Source: the human T2T-CHM13v2.0 reference genome, Homo sapiens. Taken from it: DNA of 64,000 nt. The stretch lies in the NCBI RefSeq assembly GCF_009914755.1, contig NC_060934.1; one strand, written 5' to 3'. The notes below the pieces were generated by a model. That model saw only the letters and a list, made by a program, of their open reading frames with translations. It was not told the origin of the DNA and did no database searches. A program made the translations under genes and the position numbers. Numbering within the stretch: position 1 is the first letter of the stretch; each line of letters opens with the position of its first letter. Shown piece by piece: positions 1-15,339 of this stretch.

Positions 1-129
1 GCAGCAGTACAGTTACTCTTTGTTTGGGATGTGCTGGGAGTGCTGTTCTCAGAGCAAGGCCACATGATGCCTGGAGGTGGGGCGGCAGCATGCCCTCCTT
101 CCTCCTGCTCTTTGCCTCAGAGTCTTTGT

Positions 130-250
130 GTGCAGAAATGGGGTTTTTGTTAGCCCCACTTCATAGGGTTAATATGGGATGATGTGAGGAAATGCGTCAA
201 GTGTTCGTTGGAGTTTCTGGTCTTTCCCAGGGCAGAATGAAGTTTAACTC
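130..250 (+). mobile_element. Degenerate MIR 3' portion
   Basis: cagaaatggg...ttcatagggtt...aatgcgtcaagtg resembles the MIR core/3' end. Confidence 0.4.
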
Positions 251-1102
251 TACCATGATGATGGTGGTACTGGTGATAGCGGTGGTGCTGGTGATGTTGG
301 TGATGTTATTGTTGATGATGGTGGTTGGTAGTATTGCTGTTGGCGGTGATGGTGGTGGTGGTAACATTGCTGGCGGTGATTGTGTTGGTAGTATTGATGT
401 TGGTGGGGGTGGTGAAGGTGGTAGTATTGTTGGTAGTAGTAGTATTGGTGATGGTGGTGGTAGTATTGTTTTTGGTAGTGTTTTTAGTATTGATGATAGT
501 GGTGGTAGTGTTGTTGGTAGTATTGTTGGTAGTGTTAGCATGGTTGTTGGTGGTAGTATTACTGGTAGTAGTGTTGGTGATAGTGGTGATGGTGGTAGTA
601 TTGGTAGTGGTGGTGGTAATATTGGTGATGGTGGTAGTATTGGTAATATTAGTGATAGTGGTGGTGGTAGTATTGTTGGTAGTATTGGTAGTGTTAGTAG
701 TGGTAGTATTGTTGGTAGTATTGTTGGTGATAGTGGTGATGGTAGTATTGTTGATAGTATTGGTAGTGGTGGTGGTAGTATTGGTGATGGTAGTAGTATT
801 GCTAATATTAGTGATAGTGGTGGTGGTAGTATTGTTGGTAGTGTTGGTAGTATTGGTAGTAGTGGTAGTATTCGTAGTATTGTTGGTGATAGTGGTGATG
901 GTGGTAGTGTTGTTTTTGTTGGTATTATTGCTGTTGGTAGTATTGTTGGTGATGTGTTGGTGGTGATTGTGGTGGTGGTAGTATTGTTGGTAGTGTTTTT
1001 GGTAGTGTTGGTGGTGGTATTGTTGTTGGTGGTAGTATTGTTGTTTGTAGTATTGGTGACAATGGTAGTAGTAGTAAGTATTGTTGTTGGTATTACTAGT
1101 AT

Positions 1103-1592
<490 letters not shown>

Positions 1593-3962
1593 TGGTGGTA
1601 GTATTGTTGGTGATACGGTAGTATTGTTATTGTTGGTAGTGTTGTAGGTGATGGTGATGGTAATAGCATTGTTATTGTTCATAGTATTGTAGGTGATGGT
1701 GGTGGTGGCGGTAGTATTGTTATTGTTGGTTGTATTGTTGGTGATGGTGGTAATATTGTTACTGTTGGTAGTATTGTTGGTAGTGTTGGTGATGTGGCGG
1801 TAGTATTGTTGGTAGTGTTGGTGATGTTATTCTTGGTAGTATTGTTGGTGATGGTGGTGGTGGTAGTATTGGTGGTAGTATTGTTGGTGATGTATTATTG
1901 GTAGTGTTGGTGTTGTTATTCTTGGTAGTACGGTTGGTGATGGTGGTGGTAGTATTGGTGGTAGTGTTGTTGGTGATGTAGTATTGTTGGTACTGTTGGT
2001 GATGTTATTCTTGGTAGTATTGTTGGTGATGTAGTATTGTTGGTAGTGTTGGTGATGTTGTTATTGGTAGTATTGTTGTTGGTAGTATTGTTGGTGATGT
2101 GGTAGTATTGTTGGTAGTGTTGGTGATGTTGTTATTGGTAGTATTGTTGGTGGTAGTATTGTTGGTGATGTGGTAGTATTGTTGGTAGTGTTGGTGATGT
2201 TATTCTTGGTAGTATTGTTGGTGATGGTGGTGGTGGTAGTGTTGGTAGTATTGTTGGTGATGTGGTAGTATTGTTGGTAGTGTTGGTGATGTTGTTATTG
2301 GTAGTATTGTTGGTGGTAGTATTGTTGGTGATGTGGTAGTATTGTTGGTAGTGTTGGTGATGTTATTCTTGGTAGTATTGTTGGTGATGGTGGTGGTGGT
2401 AGTGTTGGTAGTATTGTTGGTGATGTGGTAGTATTGTTATTGTTGGTAGTATTGTAGGTGATGGTGGTGGTGATAGTATTGTTATTGTTGGTAGTATTGT
2501 TGGTGATGGTAGTGGTAGTATTTTTTTGTTGGTGGTATTGTTGGTAGTATAGTTAGTGATGTAGTGTTGGTGGTGGTAGTATTGTTGGTGCTGCTGGTGG
2601 TGGTAGTATTTTTGGTAGTGGTGGTAGTATTTTTGGTAGTGGTGGTAGTATTTTGGTGATGGTTGTGAAGTATTGGTGATGGTGGTGGTGGAAGTATTGG
2701 TAGTAATTTTCGTAGTGTTGGTGGTGGTGGTATTGTTATTGGCAGCGATGGCAGTGGAGGTGGTAGTGGTGGTAGTACTGTTGGTAGTATTTTTAGTAGT
2801 GTTGGTAGTGGTGGTATTGGTGATGGTGGTGGTGGTAGTGTTGTGGTGTGGTGTGGTGGTAGTGGTGATGGCAGTGGAGGTGGTAGTGGTGGTAGTATTG
2901 TCAGTGATGGTGGTTGTGGTAGTATTGTTGGTAGTATTTTTCATAGGTTGGTAGTGGTGGTATTGGTGATGGTGGTGGTGGTAGTATTGTTATCGGTGGT
3001 GATGGCGGTGGAGGTGGTGATGGCAGTGGAGGTGGTAGTGGTAGCAATATTATTGATAGCAGTTTTGGTAATGTTGGTGGTGGTAGTACTGCTGATGGTG
3101 GTGGTGGTGGTAGTATTGTTAATCAGTGGTGATGGCAGGGGAGGTGCTGGTGTTAGTACACTGTCATCAGTGGAGCTCCCATTTTTCAGCTGAATGCCTT
3201 CGTGGCATAGGCCTCCTGGGAATGAGTGTGGGTAGAACGTCCCTCATTTGTGGTTGAGATTTTTCCCTGGAGCTGTGTTGGTGGGGGAAGCCTTGTTCCA
3301 CGTGTGTTGGGGTTAGAGGGTGTGTGGCTGCTCAGTGGTCAGCTTTGATGTCACCTGAAACATGTTACAGGTGAGTCAGGTGGAGCATTGGGGAACTGCA
3401 GGGAGAGGAGTGTTTTCTGATGTCAGAGCCGATGGAGCTTTAAAAGCTAAAAATGAAACAAACAGAAAATGTGGAGAGATGTTCAGTAGTTTGCTCGGTA
3501 CATTTTTAAAACTTCCGAGTGGTCCTGTGTGTTGGGTGTCATGGTGGACACACTGTCGTGGGCGCTTTCTGGGCAAAGTCTCCCCTGCCTGCCCTTTATC
3601 CTTGTGTGCTTTCGTCCTGCCCAGCAGCACCTCTGTAAGCAAGCAAACAGGGTTTTATAGCCTCTTGCTGAGTATTTCTCATCTCTTGCTAAGTATTTCT
3701 ACTGTGGTGCAAAAGCAATCTTATTATGTGTTGCTGTATTTTTATAGTCAATTGAAATGACTATTAAAATACAACATTGCTCATCAGGCTCAGAGCAGCA
3801 CTGCTGGAGAGGCCTGCCCTTGCAGATGAGGCAGCTGAGTCCTGGAAAGAGAGGCCTTCTTGGGAATCACAGCCGATGCAGGGGCCTGAGGCCTGGGCTG
3901 CTATGTAGGACCCTCCACAACCTCAGAACAGTCCTGGGCTCTGCTGTCACATCTTGAAATGT

Positions 3963-4661
3963 TTTTTCTATTTTCTTTATTGTGGCAAGATATATATAAC
4001 CTAAAATTTCCCATTTGAACCATTTTTAGGTGTACAGTTCAGTGGCGTTAAACACACTGACGTTGTTGGGCAACCATCACCACCATCCATTGCCAGAACT
4101 CTTTTCTTCTTCCTGAAGACAGACTCTGTTCCTATTAAACACTAACTCCCATTCCCTCCTCCTCCCAGCCCCTGGCAGCCGCCGTGCTATTTTCTGTCTC
4201 TATGCAAGTGACTACTCTAAGAACTTCGTGTAAGTAGGATCACACGCTTCTGTCCTTTTGTGACTGGCTTATTTCACTCAGCACAATGTCCTCAAGGTTC
4301 ATCCACATTGTAGCATGTGTCAGAATTTCCTTTTTTAGGTGTGGGTAGTATTTCATTATATGTACATACCACGTTTTATCCATTCATCTGTTGATAGACA
4401 TTTGGGTTGCTTCTGCCTTTTAGCTATTGTGAATAATGCTGCTGTGAACCTTGGTGTACAAGTTTCTGTTCAAGTCCCCGCTTTCAGTTATGTTGGTATT
4501 GCCTGATCATATAGTAGTTGTATATTTAACTTTTGAGGAACTGCCAAACGGTTTTTCCGCGGCTGCACCATTTTACATTCCTGTGACCAGTGCACAAGGG
4601 TTTCTGCTGCTTCAGATCCTTACCAACATTTGTTATTTATTTAAATAATAGCCATCCTAAT
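3963..4661 (-). mobile_element. L1MB-type 3' fragment
   Basis: aaccatttttaggtgtacagttcagtggc..., tttagctattgtgaataatgctgctgtgaac. Confidence 0.85.
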
Positions 4662-4682
4662 CATCTCCAAATGTATCACAGT

Positions 4683-4977
4683 TTTTGTTTTTTGTTTCTT
4701 TTTTCTTGAGATGGAGTCTTGCTCTGTTGCCCAGGCTAGAGTCAGTGGTGCATTCTCAGCTCACTGCAACCTCTGCCTCCCAGGTTCAAGTGATTCTTGT
4801 GCCTCAGCCTCCCAAGTAGCTGGGATTATGGGCATGCACCATCATGTTCGGCTAAATTTTGTCCTTTTTGTAGAGAAGGGGTTTCACTATGTTGGCCAGG
4901 CTGGTCTCAAACTTCTGGCCTCCAATGATCCGCTCACCTTGGCCTCCCAAAGGGCTGGGATTACAGGCGTGAGCCAG
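4683..4977 (-). mobile_element. Alu
   Basis: Dimeric Alu with T tail on +. Confidence 0.95.
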
Positions 4978-6267
4978 TAATTTATCATAATTTTTGAACA
5001 AAGGCCTTTACATTTTCATTTTGCCTTGGGCCGTGAACATTTTGTAGCCAGTCCTGCTGGGAACTGATGCAGCCTGGGTGTTCTGTGGAGCCCCGCCCAT
5101 GTTCGGGGCACAAGGGTTTGGCCAGGTGTCAGTTTAAGCTGCTGGGGAAGACAGGCTGGCGCTGTCTGGGGTTAAAGGTGGTTCCCAGAAGGCCCAGATC
5201 TGGGGCAGAGTAGCTCTGTGTGCAGTGAGCTGGCAGGCAGGAGGGATGGCTGTCTTGGCTTCCGCTGTTTTATTTAGTGCCTTACCTAGAATCTGTATTC
5301 CTGCCGAGTGGTCACGTTGCACAGGGGCTGTGAGCAGTTCAGTGGCTCACTCTGTGAAGGGCGGCTTACCACACACTTTTTGGGTGCTCTCTAGGGAAGG
5401 AAAATTTATCAAGCAGTTAACTAAGGAAAGATTCGTTTGTGTCCTCTGGGAACTGACACTGCACACTAGCTGGCTCAAATAGTGGTGTTGAGGGTAGCCT
5501 TTGGGTGAGACCTGTCCATATGCCTGTTAAAACAGATGACAAAGGCAGGCAGCCCAGGTCTGGTCAAGTCGGGAGCCTTGGCTCCCTCCTCCAAGGCTGT
5601 GCTGGGATGGACTCTCTGCCACTGTTCAGTTTCGGTCTGCAAGTATGGAAATGCCCGCGTCTCTGCAGCCGGTGCATCTGGGCCAGGCCCAGGCTGCCAC
5701 TGTGCAGTTGCTGATCTGCCTGGGAACAAGAGGGCTATGTCTGGGCCGCCTGTGCCTCGGAAGAGCTCATCAGCAGTCAGCATCTGAGGTGTGCAAACAC
5801 ATCTGAGCAGACTTCTCCCTCCAGAGCTCTGCCCCGTTGGGACTTCTGGAAGCCTGAGATTTCACCAGCAGAAGGTCCTGTGTGTCCTGACCTTTAGGAT
5901 CTGAGAGTGACTTCGTACCTTCTTGTGCTAAGGCCTACAGCCTACGAGTATCTACCCTCTGTCTAGTTAGAAGTGACTGTACCAGGTCCTGGTGCAGCTG
6001 AGTGAGTGGGAGGAGAGGGGCTCAGGAGGGGAGCACAGGAACAGGAGCTGGGCCCGGCTGAGCTGCTCAGTGGGAAGATGGCAAGACACTGCAGATCCTT
6101 GCTCCCCGCCCACGTGCCTTGCTGGGAGAGAAAAGCAGCTCCTCAGCTCGCACTGGGGCCGTCTTAAAATCTAAGCAAATGTTTATTGTGCACATGTAGG
6201 GTGGCCCCGGCTGGATGGACCTTCATATGCAGGAGCTAATACACACTCACCAGGGACCCCTTTGCTG

Positions 6268-6390
6268 TCATCCTCCCATTTCATGGAGGGAGAAACTGAG
6301 CTTCACAGAGTTTGTGTTGCTTGTCAGGGCACAGAACAGGGGTTTGGGACCGAGTCCATGTCTTGATTCCAGAGGCTGAGTGCTTGGCTC
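6268..6390 (-). mobile_element. MIR fragment
   Basis: cccatttcatggagggagaaactgag core. Confidence 0.6.
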
Positions 6391-6999
6391 AGAGGGAGGG
6401 AGTGGCCAGGCTGGTCTGCAGAGTTCCAGAGATTTTGCCTGAGCAGTGGGGGGCCACCAGCCTTGAAAATGGGCATTCTCTCTAGGGTCCTAGAGGAGGC
6501 TCAGGCCAGAGCCCACAGGGAGGAGGCAAAGTGCTTTGTCACCTGAGAAGCCCCCACATTGGAGGGAACATGGGCTCTCCCTGGGCACAGGCTGCACCCG
6601 ACGGGGGAAAGCGGGGAAGGGGTCTCTGCAAGGGGGTCCTCTCCAGCAGCCTGTGCCAACAGGCACTAGGCTTTATTGTTTTCCTCACAGAGGGCTCGAT
6701 TGGTTTTTAATCTTCAATTTTACTTTTTTATCAAAGCTAAATAATGTAACAACGACAGAGGAGGAATTTCAAGCAACTACAAAGAAACCAAATATTTTTT
6801 GGCGAGTCCCTGGCGTGGCTGCCTTTCCCTGTCTTCTCCCTCCTGGTTGCAGTATGGACAGAGGTGTCACCCTTCAGGCTTGGGGACGGCACTGGGCTGC
6901 TGGCTCACCTGAAGATGCCTTTGGCATGTGCAACTTCTCCAAAAGTGCAAACGCCTCCCATCAAAGTGGAAATTCCATGGGCCAAAAACAGATTCACAA

Positions 7000-7750
7000 A
7001 ACAGTTCACGCTGGAATGTTCAATCCAGCCTTATTTATTTATTTATCTTCGTTTTTATTTTTTTCAGAGCCAGAGTATCACTCTGTCACCCAGGCTTGAC
7101 TGCAGTGGCACGGTCATAGCTCACTGCAGCCCTCAACTCCTGGGCTCAAGTGATCCTGCCTCAGCCTCCCAAGTAGCTGGGACTGCAGGTGCCCACCATC
7201 ATGCCTAGCTAATATATTTCGTTGTAGATACGGAGTCTTCCCATGTTGCTCAGGCTGGTTTCGATCTCATGGGCTCAAGTGATTCTCCCACTTCAGCTTT
7301 CCAAAGTGCTGGTTTTACAGGTGTGAGCCACTGTGCCTGACTGCAGCCTTATTTATAATAACTCAAACCTGGAAACAAATAACTCAAATGTCCATCAACA
7401 GGAGAATGGATAGACACATTGTGATGTGTTGATATGATGGAATACTATTCAACAATAGAAAATAACAAACTACTGATACAACACCATTCATGTGGCTCAA
7501 AATGTTGAGCAGAAGAAGTCAGACATAAAGGAGCACATAGGATTCCGTGTATTTGAAGTTTAAGCATTGACCGTTATTTATGACTTATCTATGGTAATAA
7601 AAATTAGAAAATGGTGTTTTGGGAGAAAAATCTCCTAGAGAGGGGCTTGAGGGTACTTTCTGGATCTCTTCCTATCTTGGGTGTACACGGCGTATAGAAT
7701 TATATAAAAGTCACTGAGCTGATCACCTAAAGACTGTGTGTTTTATTATA
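7000..7750 (+). mobile_element. Old L1 (L1MC/ME-like) 3' fragment split by AluJ
   Basis: caaatgtccatcaacaggagaatggata...ggaatactattc. Confidence 0.7.
7031..7341 (-). mobile_element. AluJ
   Basis: Alu dimer; TSD cagccttatttat at 7026 and 7344. Confidence 0.93.
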
Positions 7751-8375
7751 CCACTAACATACATGTGAGTGTATACATGTAGATGGATGTGAGCATATTT
7801 ATGTCTGTATATATGCCCATTTGTTACATGGCTCATGGTGTTGAACTTTTTTCTGTAGTTAGAGATATTGGATGTCATGGTCCACGGTCTTTGTGTAATA
7901 CGCAGGAATGTTGCTGCTTTGGCTCCGTAATTTTAAACTCACAGGGTTTGTTGGGGCTTCAGAAGCCAGCCATACAGAGGGTAGGTTGACAGGGAAGTCA
8001 CAGCTCATGGAGACCAGAGCAGGGACTCTGTTTTGGCATTTTGGCACAATGGGTATTCCCACATCTGTACAGAAGGTGATCGAGAGGTGATGATGTCTTG
8101 ATTTACAGGACCGGAGGCTGGGTATTCTGGAGCCGTTGGTGGGGTCAGGGCTCTGTTAGGTAAAGCAGGTAGGTTTTCTCTAGAAGGCTGAGTCCTTTGG
8201 GCACCTGGGTATTAGTATACTAGAATATGTGCCACAGGGCTCTATGACACCTTCCTGATTCTAGTGGGTTGGGGACCTATGAGGAATCTTCTTCATTCTG
8301 AGGGAGGCGCTGCTTAGTTCTTGCTGTTTCACTCCGCTCAGATGTGTTCAGGGGAGGGTCACTGCTGAGTGTTTT

Positions 8376-9107
8376 TGTGTCAAAAAGAGTCGAACTCTGT
8401 GAAATATTTGAAGAGATTTATTCTGAGCCAAATATGAGTGACCATGGCCCGTGACACAGCCCTCAGGAGGTCCTGAGAACATGTGCCCCAGGCGGTCGGG
8501 GTGCAGCTTGATTTTATACATTTTAGAGACGCATGAGACATCAATCAAATACATGAAGAAATACATTGGTTTGGTCCAGAAAGGCGGGACATTCCAAAGC
8601 AGGGGCTTCCAGGCTGTAGGTGAATTTAAACATTTTCTGGTTGACAATTGGTTGAGTTTGTCTAAAGAACTGGGATAGATAGAAAGGGAAAGTTCAAGTT
8701 AAGATAAAGATTGTGGAGACCAATGTTCTTTTGAAGTCTTACAGTGGGTGCCCTTAGAGACAATAGGTGACAAATGTTTCCTATTCAGATCTTAATCTTT
8801 TTAGGGTCTGGAATAAAAAGATCTAGCTATGTTAATAGAGATTCTTTACAGATACAAGTTTTCCCCCACAAAACAGCTTTGCAGGGCCATTTTAAAATAT
8901 GGCAAAGAAACATGTTTTGGGGTAAAATATTTTGATTTTCTTCTTTGTCTCATAATGTTATGCCAGAGTCAGGTTGGAAAGTAAATCACGATATATAGGG
9001 TTATATAAAACCCATCTGATGAGAATTTATGATTTGTGGGGCATGACTTCCCAGACCCCTTAGACACGAATTTGGACTAGATAAAAAAAATCAGAGTTTA
9101 GCCCACA
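8376..9107 (-). mobile_element. MER4-family ERV1 solo LTR
   Basis: gagatttattctgagccaaatatgagtgaccatggccc...; ends aaaaatcagagtttagcccaca (reverse complement of the MER4 5' end). Confidence 0.85.
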
Positions 9108-9379
9108 CATGGAAGGGGAGACCCTCTGACGTGCCAGGCTGCATCTTCCCCAGGTGGGCCCTGGATCAGAGCCAGCGTGACCTCCTCAGTCTTTGCTGCT
9201 GCTTACAGCTCCTTGAGGGTGTGTATAGCTGCCCTGGGGAGGATCGTTAGCACCATTTGTTCAAGTGAAATAGAGTGTGCTTTGTTTCTGGACATAGGGG
9301 TTGGATCTCCAGGACATGCCTACCTGGTTAGACTGTTGGAAGTTGTCTTTGCTAGTCAAGATCCTGGTCTGCTCTTTAG

Positions 9380-9646
<267 letters not shown>

Positions 9647-9739
9647 ATTTATTTGCTTGAAGTAAGTACAAGCAAAGCCGCAGTGGTTTCCAGTGGGTTT
9701 AACATTCAGGTAATAGTTTTACTGCCTTGACTTCCTCTA

Positions 9740-10190
9740 TTTATTTATTAAGTGATTCACTCAGTGAGCATTTGTGGCACTCCAGGTGCCAGGCACTGTT
9801 AGGCATGGCTGCTGAGATGGAGAAGATGCAGGTGTGAGGTACAGAGAGGTCAAGGGGTCACCAGCCATGTGGTATTGTAGTGGGGGCATGGCACAGGAGG
9901 CTAGAGGAGGGGTCCTCAGTGGTGGCTGCACTTGAGAAGCCTTTATTGGGCACCTGCTATGTGACAGGCACGGACAGCAGTGAGCAGTCGCCTGGCGGTA
10001 TATTGTCGGGATGTGCAAGGCTGCTGTTGAGCGCTCACATGAGGCCTCTGACTGTCGTGGGGGAGTGGCAGGGAAGGGTTTCATCCAGAGGTGATGGGGA
10101 CCTGGAGAGCCAAGCTGGGGAGAGGTAGGGCTGTGGACCAAGGCCTGAAGTTGGAGGGCGCATGGGGACTCTGGTTTGGTTTGGCAAGAA
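9740..10190 (-). mobile_element. L2 3' fragment(s)
   Basis: attcactcagtgagcatttg...gtgccaggcactgttagg. Confidence 0.55.
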
Positions 10191-10286
10191 CTCATCTGTT
10201 TATATTTGCATAATGACAAAGCCTCTTCTGGGATGATTGGATGATTGCTGGCTTTATTTGTGAATTATAAACAGACCTACCCTCAA

Positions 10287-10325
<39 letters not shown>

Positions 10326-10423
10326 GACACATATATACGTATATATGTGTATATACACACACACACACACACATAGATATATACGTGTGTATATCTATAC
10401 GTATAGATATATACATGTAGATA
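10287..10423. repeat. Compound (TA)n/(CA)n microsatellite
   Basis: Seen directly. Confidence 0.95.
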
Positions 10424-10729
10424 TGAACCCAATAGAAAAAAAAAAAGAAATAAGATAGTTGCTGCTAGTTGTGGATAAGGCATACAGAGATATTTTATTC
10501 CGAAGAAAGATATTAAAATGTCTTTTACTGTGTCTATCAGTTCAGTTAGAATGTGAGGAAAGGCTCTTTTGTATATTTCTTTTCACATTCTTATCTTCAC
10601 CATCCCTCCCACCTGTTTCCAACCAAAAGCCAAAAAGAAATATTGAATAACAAATGATGGTTCCTCTGTCTCACCAGGCCCAGCTAGCTCTGTTTCCTTA
10701 ATTAGGTAGATGACTCCTTGATTCTGTTA

Positions 10730-12990
<2,261 letters not shown>

Positions 12991-13077
12991 GTATGTTATT
13001 GCTTTTATTCAGTTCATCTTTAAAAAAATATTAGAGACAATACTTTTAATAACACCATTATAACCAGGCTCTAAGAA

Positions 13078-13267
13078 ACTTCCTTCCCTCTCTTCCCTCC
13101 CTTCACTTCCGTCCTTTCGCTTCCCTCCTCTCCCTCTCCTTCCCTCCCTTCCCTTCCCTTCCCTTCCCTTCCCTTCCCTTCCCTTCCCTTCCCTTCCCTT
13201 CCCTTCCCTCCTTCCTTCCTTCCTTCCTTCCTTCCTTCCTCCCTCCCTTCCTCCCTTCCTTCCTTCC
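13078..13267. repeat. Polypyrimidine (CCCTT)n/(CCTT)n tract
   Basis: Seen directly; abuts an L2 3' end at ~13270-13440. Confidence 0.95.
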
Positions 13268-14539
13268 AAGGCCTGCTGTGTGCCAGGTGTTTTTAGATGA
13301 TTGCGAAAAATAAGATGCAGATTTTGTCCTTGAGAGGCTCACAGTCAAGTGGAAGAGGCACAGGTGATTAAATGGTGGCAGTGTGATACAGTAAGTGCTA
13401 CCATTCAGGCTCATCTCTCTAGGAGGCTCTAATCCAGCCTAAGGCATTTGCCCCCAGACAAAAGCAGTGGAAGGATTTTACTACAGGTCGTAGAAGCTTG
13501 GTGATGGCGTGGCTGCCAGTTTGATTTTGAAGATAGAGTTTAGGAAACCCAGCCTCCAGCTCCAAGTGGGTGCCATCTAAAGCTGCCTGATGAATTTATC
13601 CTTTTATTTGTGGCTACTGGGATCACATTCTCGCTAGTAGTACAGTGGGTAATGTTGGGTACTGAGCCGTTTGCAACAATACAGTTGACTTGTTCTCCAT
13701 CTTCACCAAGTTGCTATAAACGGCTGGTCTCTGCCCCAGGGTCAAGTTGAAAGGGTGTGTATAATGTTCTGTTTCTCTCTACATGGTGTTTCCTGAATGG
13801 CTCAGTGAAAGGTTGTTCCTTGGAGACCTAGCTTAGGCTGATTTCCTCTCTGGGGTTACATCTGGCTTATCTCCTCTCTCCAAGCCCAGCTCAGTGTGGA
13901 CCAGCGCAGGGGCCTATGGAGGCTTAGGAAATGCAAGGTACCTGCATGGACCAGGCAAACGTGTAGGGTGTGTGAAGTTCGAGACCAGGCGGATGGCCCT
14001 AGGGTGAAACCCTGTAGGAGCACAGACAGGGAGGGCCCTGGCATTGGGCCGTGTGAGGACGTGGCCTTTGTTTTCCCCAGCCCTGAGAAGATGCATACCA
14101 TTGAAAAGCGTTTCCAACTGAAGGCAAGAGAAAGGAAATGAGAACACAGAGCAATTAATTTTCACAAATTGACTTTAAAAGAATTAATTAACGTTTAAGT
14201 TGCTACTTGAAGTCTTGAAATCATGTTTCAGTGGTGTGTGAGACAGAGAGTGACTGAGCCGAGTTGATTTCAAGGAGTAACGTATGGCCACCCCTGGCCT
14301 TTGATGCTTTGGGGAGGCTATGGACCTGAGCACTGATGGCAGGTGGGCTATCTCCTTAGATCAAAAAGACCCACAGCAGAGCTGGCAAAGCTAATATTGT
14401 GTTTCTCTTTCTTACTGATTAAGTCTCAGCCTCTGTATCTTTTTGCAGAGGGCAAGAGCATTTTGAAGACGAACAAATGCTACAGCTTTTGCTTTTCCTC
14501 TTTCAGACTGCATGAGGAAGAGTACTTTGGGATCTGGTT

Positions 14540-14760
14540 AAATTCAGTGCATTTTTATTGAGTGCCTGCAAGGTATGGTTTTAGCTACTGTGGGAAATCC
14601 AATGATTAATAAATATTTACCTCCCTCAAGGAGTTTGTGTCTGATGGGAGAGACAGACTTACAGATGAGCAACTCTACAAGGTTGTGGGGTGGCACAGAG
14701 TGTACAGGGAGTTCAGAAGGAAGCCATTCATTTAGGTCTGCGTGTAACTTCTTCTTGGTA
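14540..14760 (-). mobile_element. L2 3' fragment
   Basis: attcagtgcatttttattgagtgcctgc...ccctcaaggagttt...ggggagacagac. Confidence 0.65.
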
Positions 14761-15094
14761 GGGGGAGAAATAATTCTGTTAGGGCCTGGAAAAGGCTGTG
14801 GAATTAAAGGCAGGCCTTGTAGACAAGTGGGGCAGTCGGAGGCGGAGGGAGGAAGGATTTTCAGCTGCAGAGGAGCGTGTGGCAGGCCTGGCAGGGCAGG
14901 TGGAGCCGAGGAGGGTGAGGGGGCTGAGATGAGATGGAAAGATGGGTTGTGTGCTGGAGAAATGAGCCATCATTCAGAATGCTCGGCGAAATGGTCCCAG
15001 ACTTTGGAGTGAGAGTTCAGGAAGGTAACTGGTGATGGAGAGAAGGGAAGACAGTCTGTACATCTCACCGAGGGGTGATGAAGTCTTGGGCCAG

Positions 15095-15260
15095 GCAGTG
15101 TGGAGTGGTGAGATATCCTGGGAGGGAAGTCCCAGGATCCCAGGGCTGCCATCAGCTCACTGTGTACCTTGAGCCAGTCACAACGCCCCTGTAGACCTCT
15201 GTTTTCATCTGTGAAGTGGGCTGATGGGCTTACTATGTTTTTTCTCAAGTGAGAGTAGTC
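15095..15260 (+). mobile_element. MIR
   Basis: ctgtgtaccttgagccagtcac...cctctgttttcatctgtgaagtggg. Confidence 0.7.
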
Positions 15261-15339
15261 AAGTTGTTTTTTTTGCTTTTCCCTGAATGGGTGTTACATT
15301 TCATTAAATGTTTTCTCTGCATCAGTTGAGATGATATAA

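Larger units (their letters stand above)
3938..5056 (+). mobile_element. MER45A-like hAT DNA transposon split by L1 and Alu
   Basis: gctctgctgtcacatcttgaaat on the left; ataatttttgaacaaaggcc...cattttcattttgc...tgtagccagtcctg on the right. Confidence 0.6.

Noticed and set aside
13009-13414. GREGK-repeat ORFs
   Set aside because: Translation of the (CCCTT)n microsatellite
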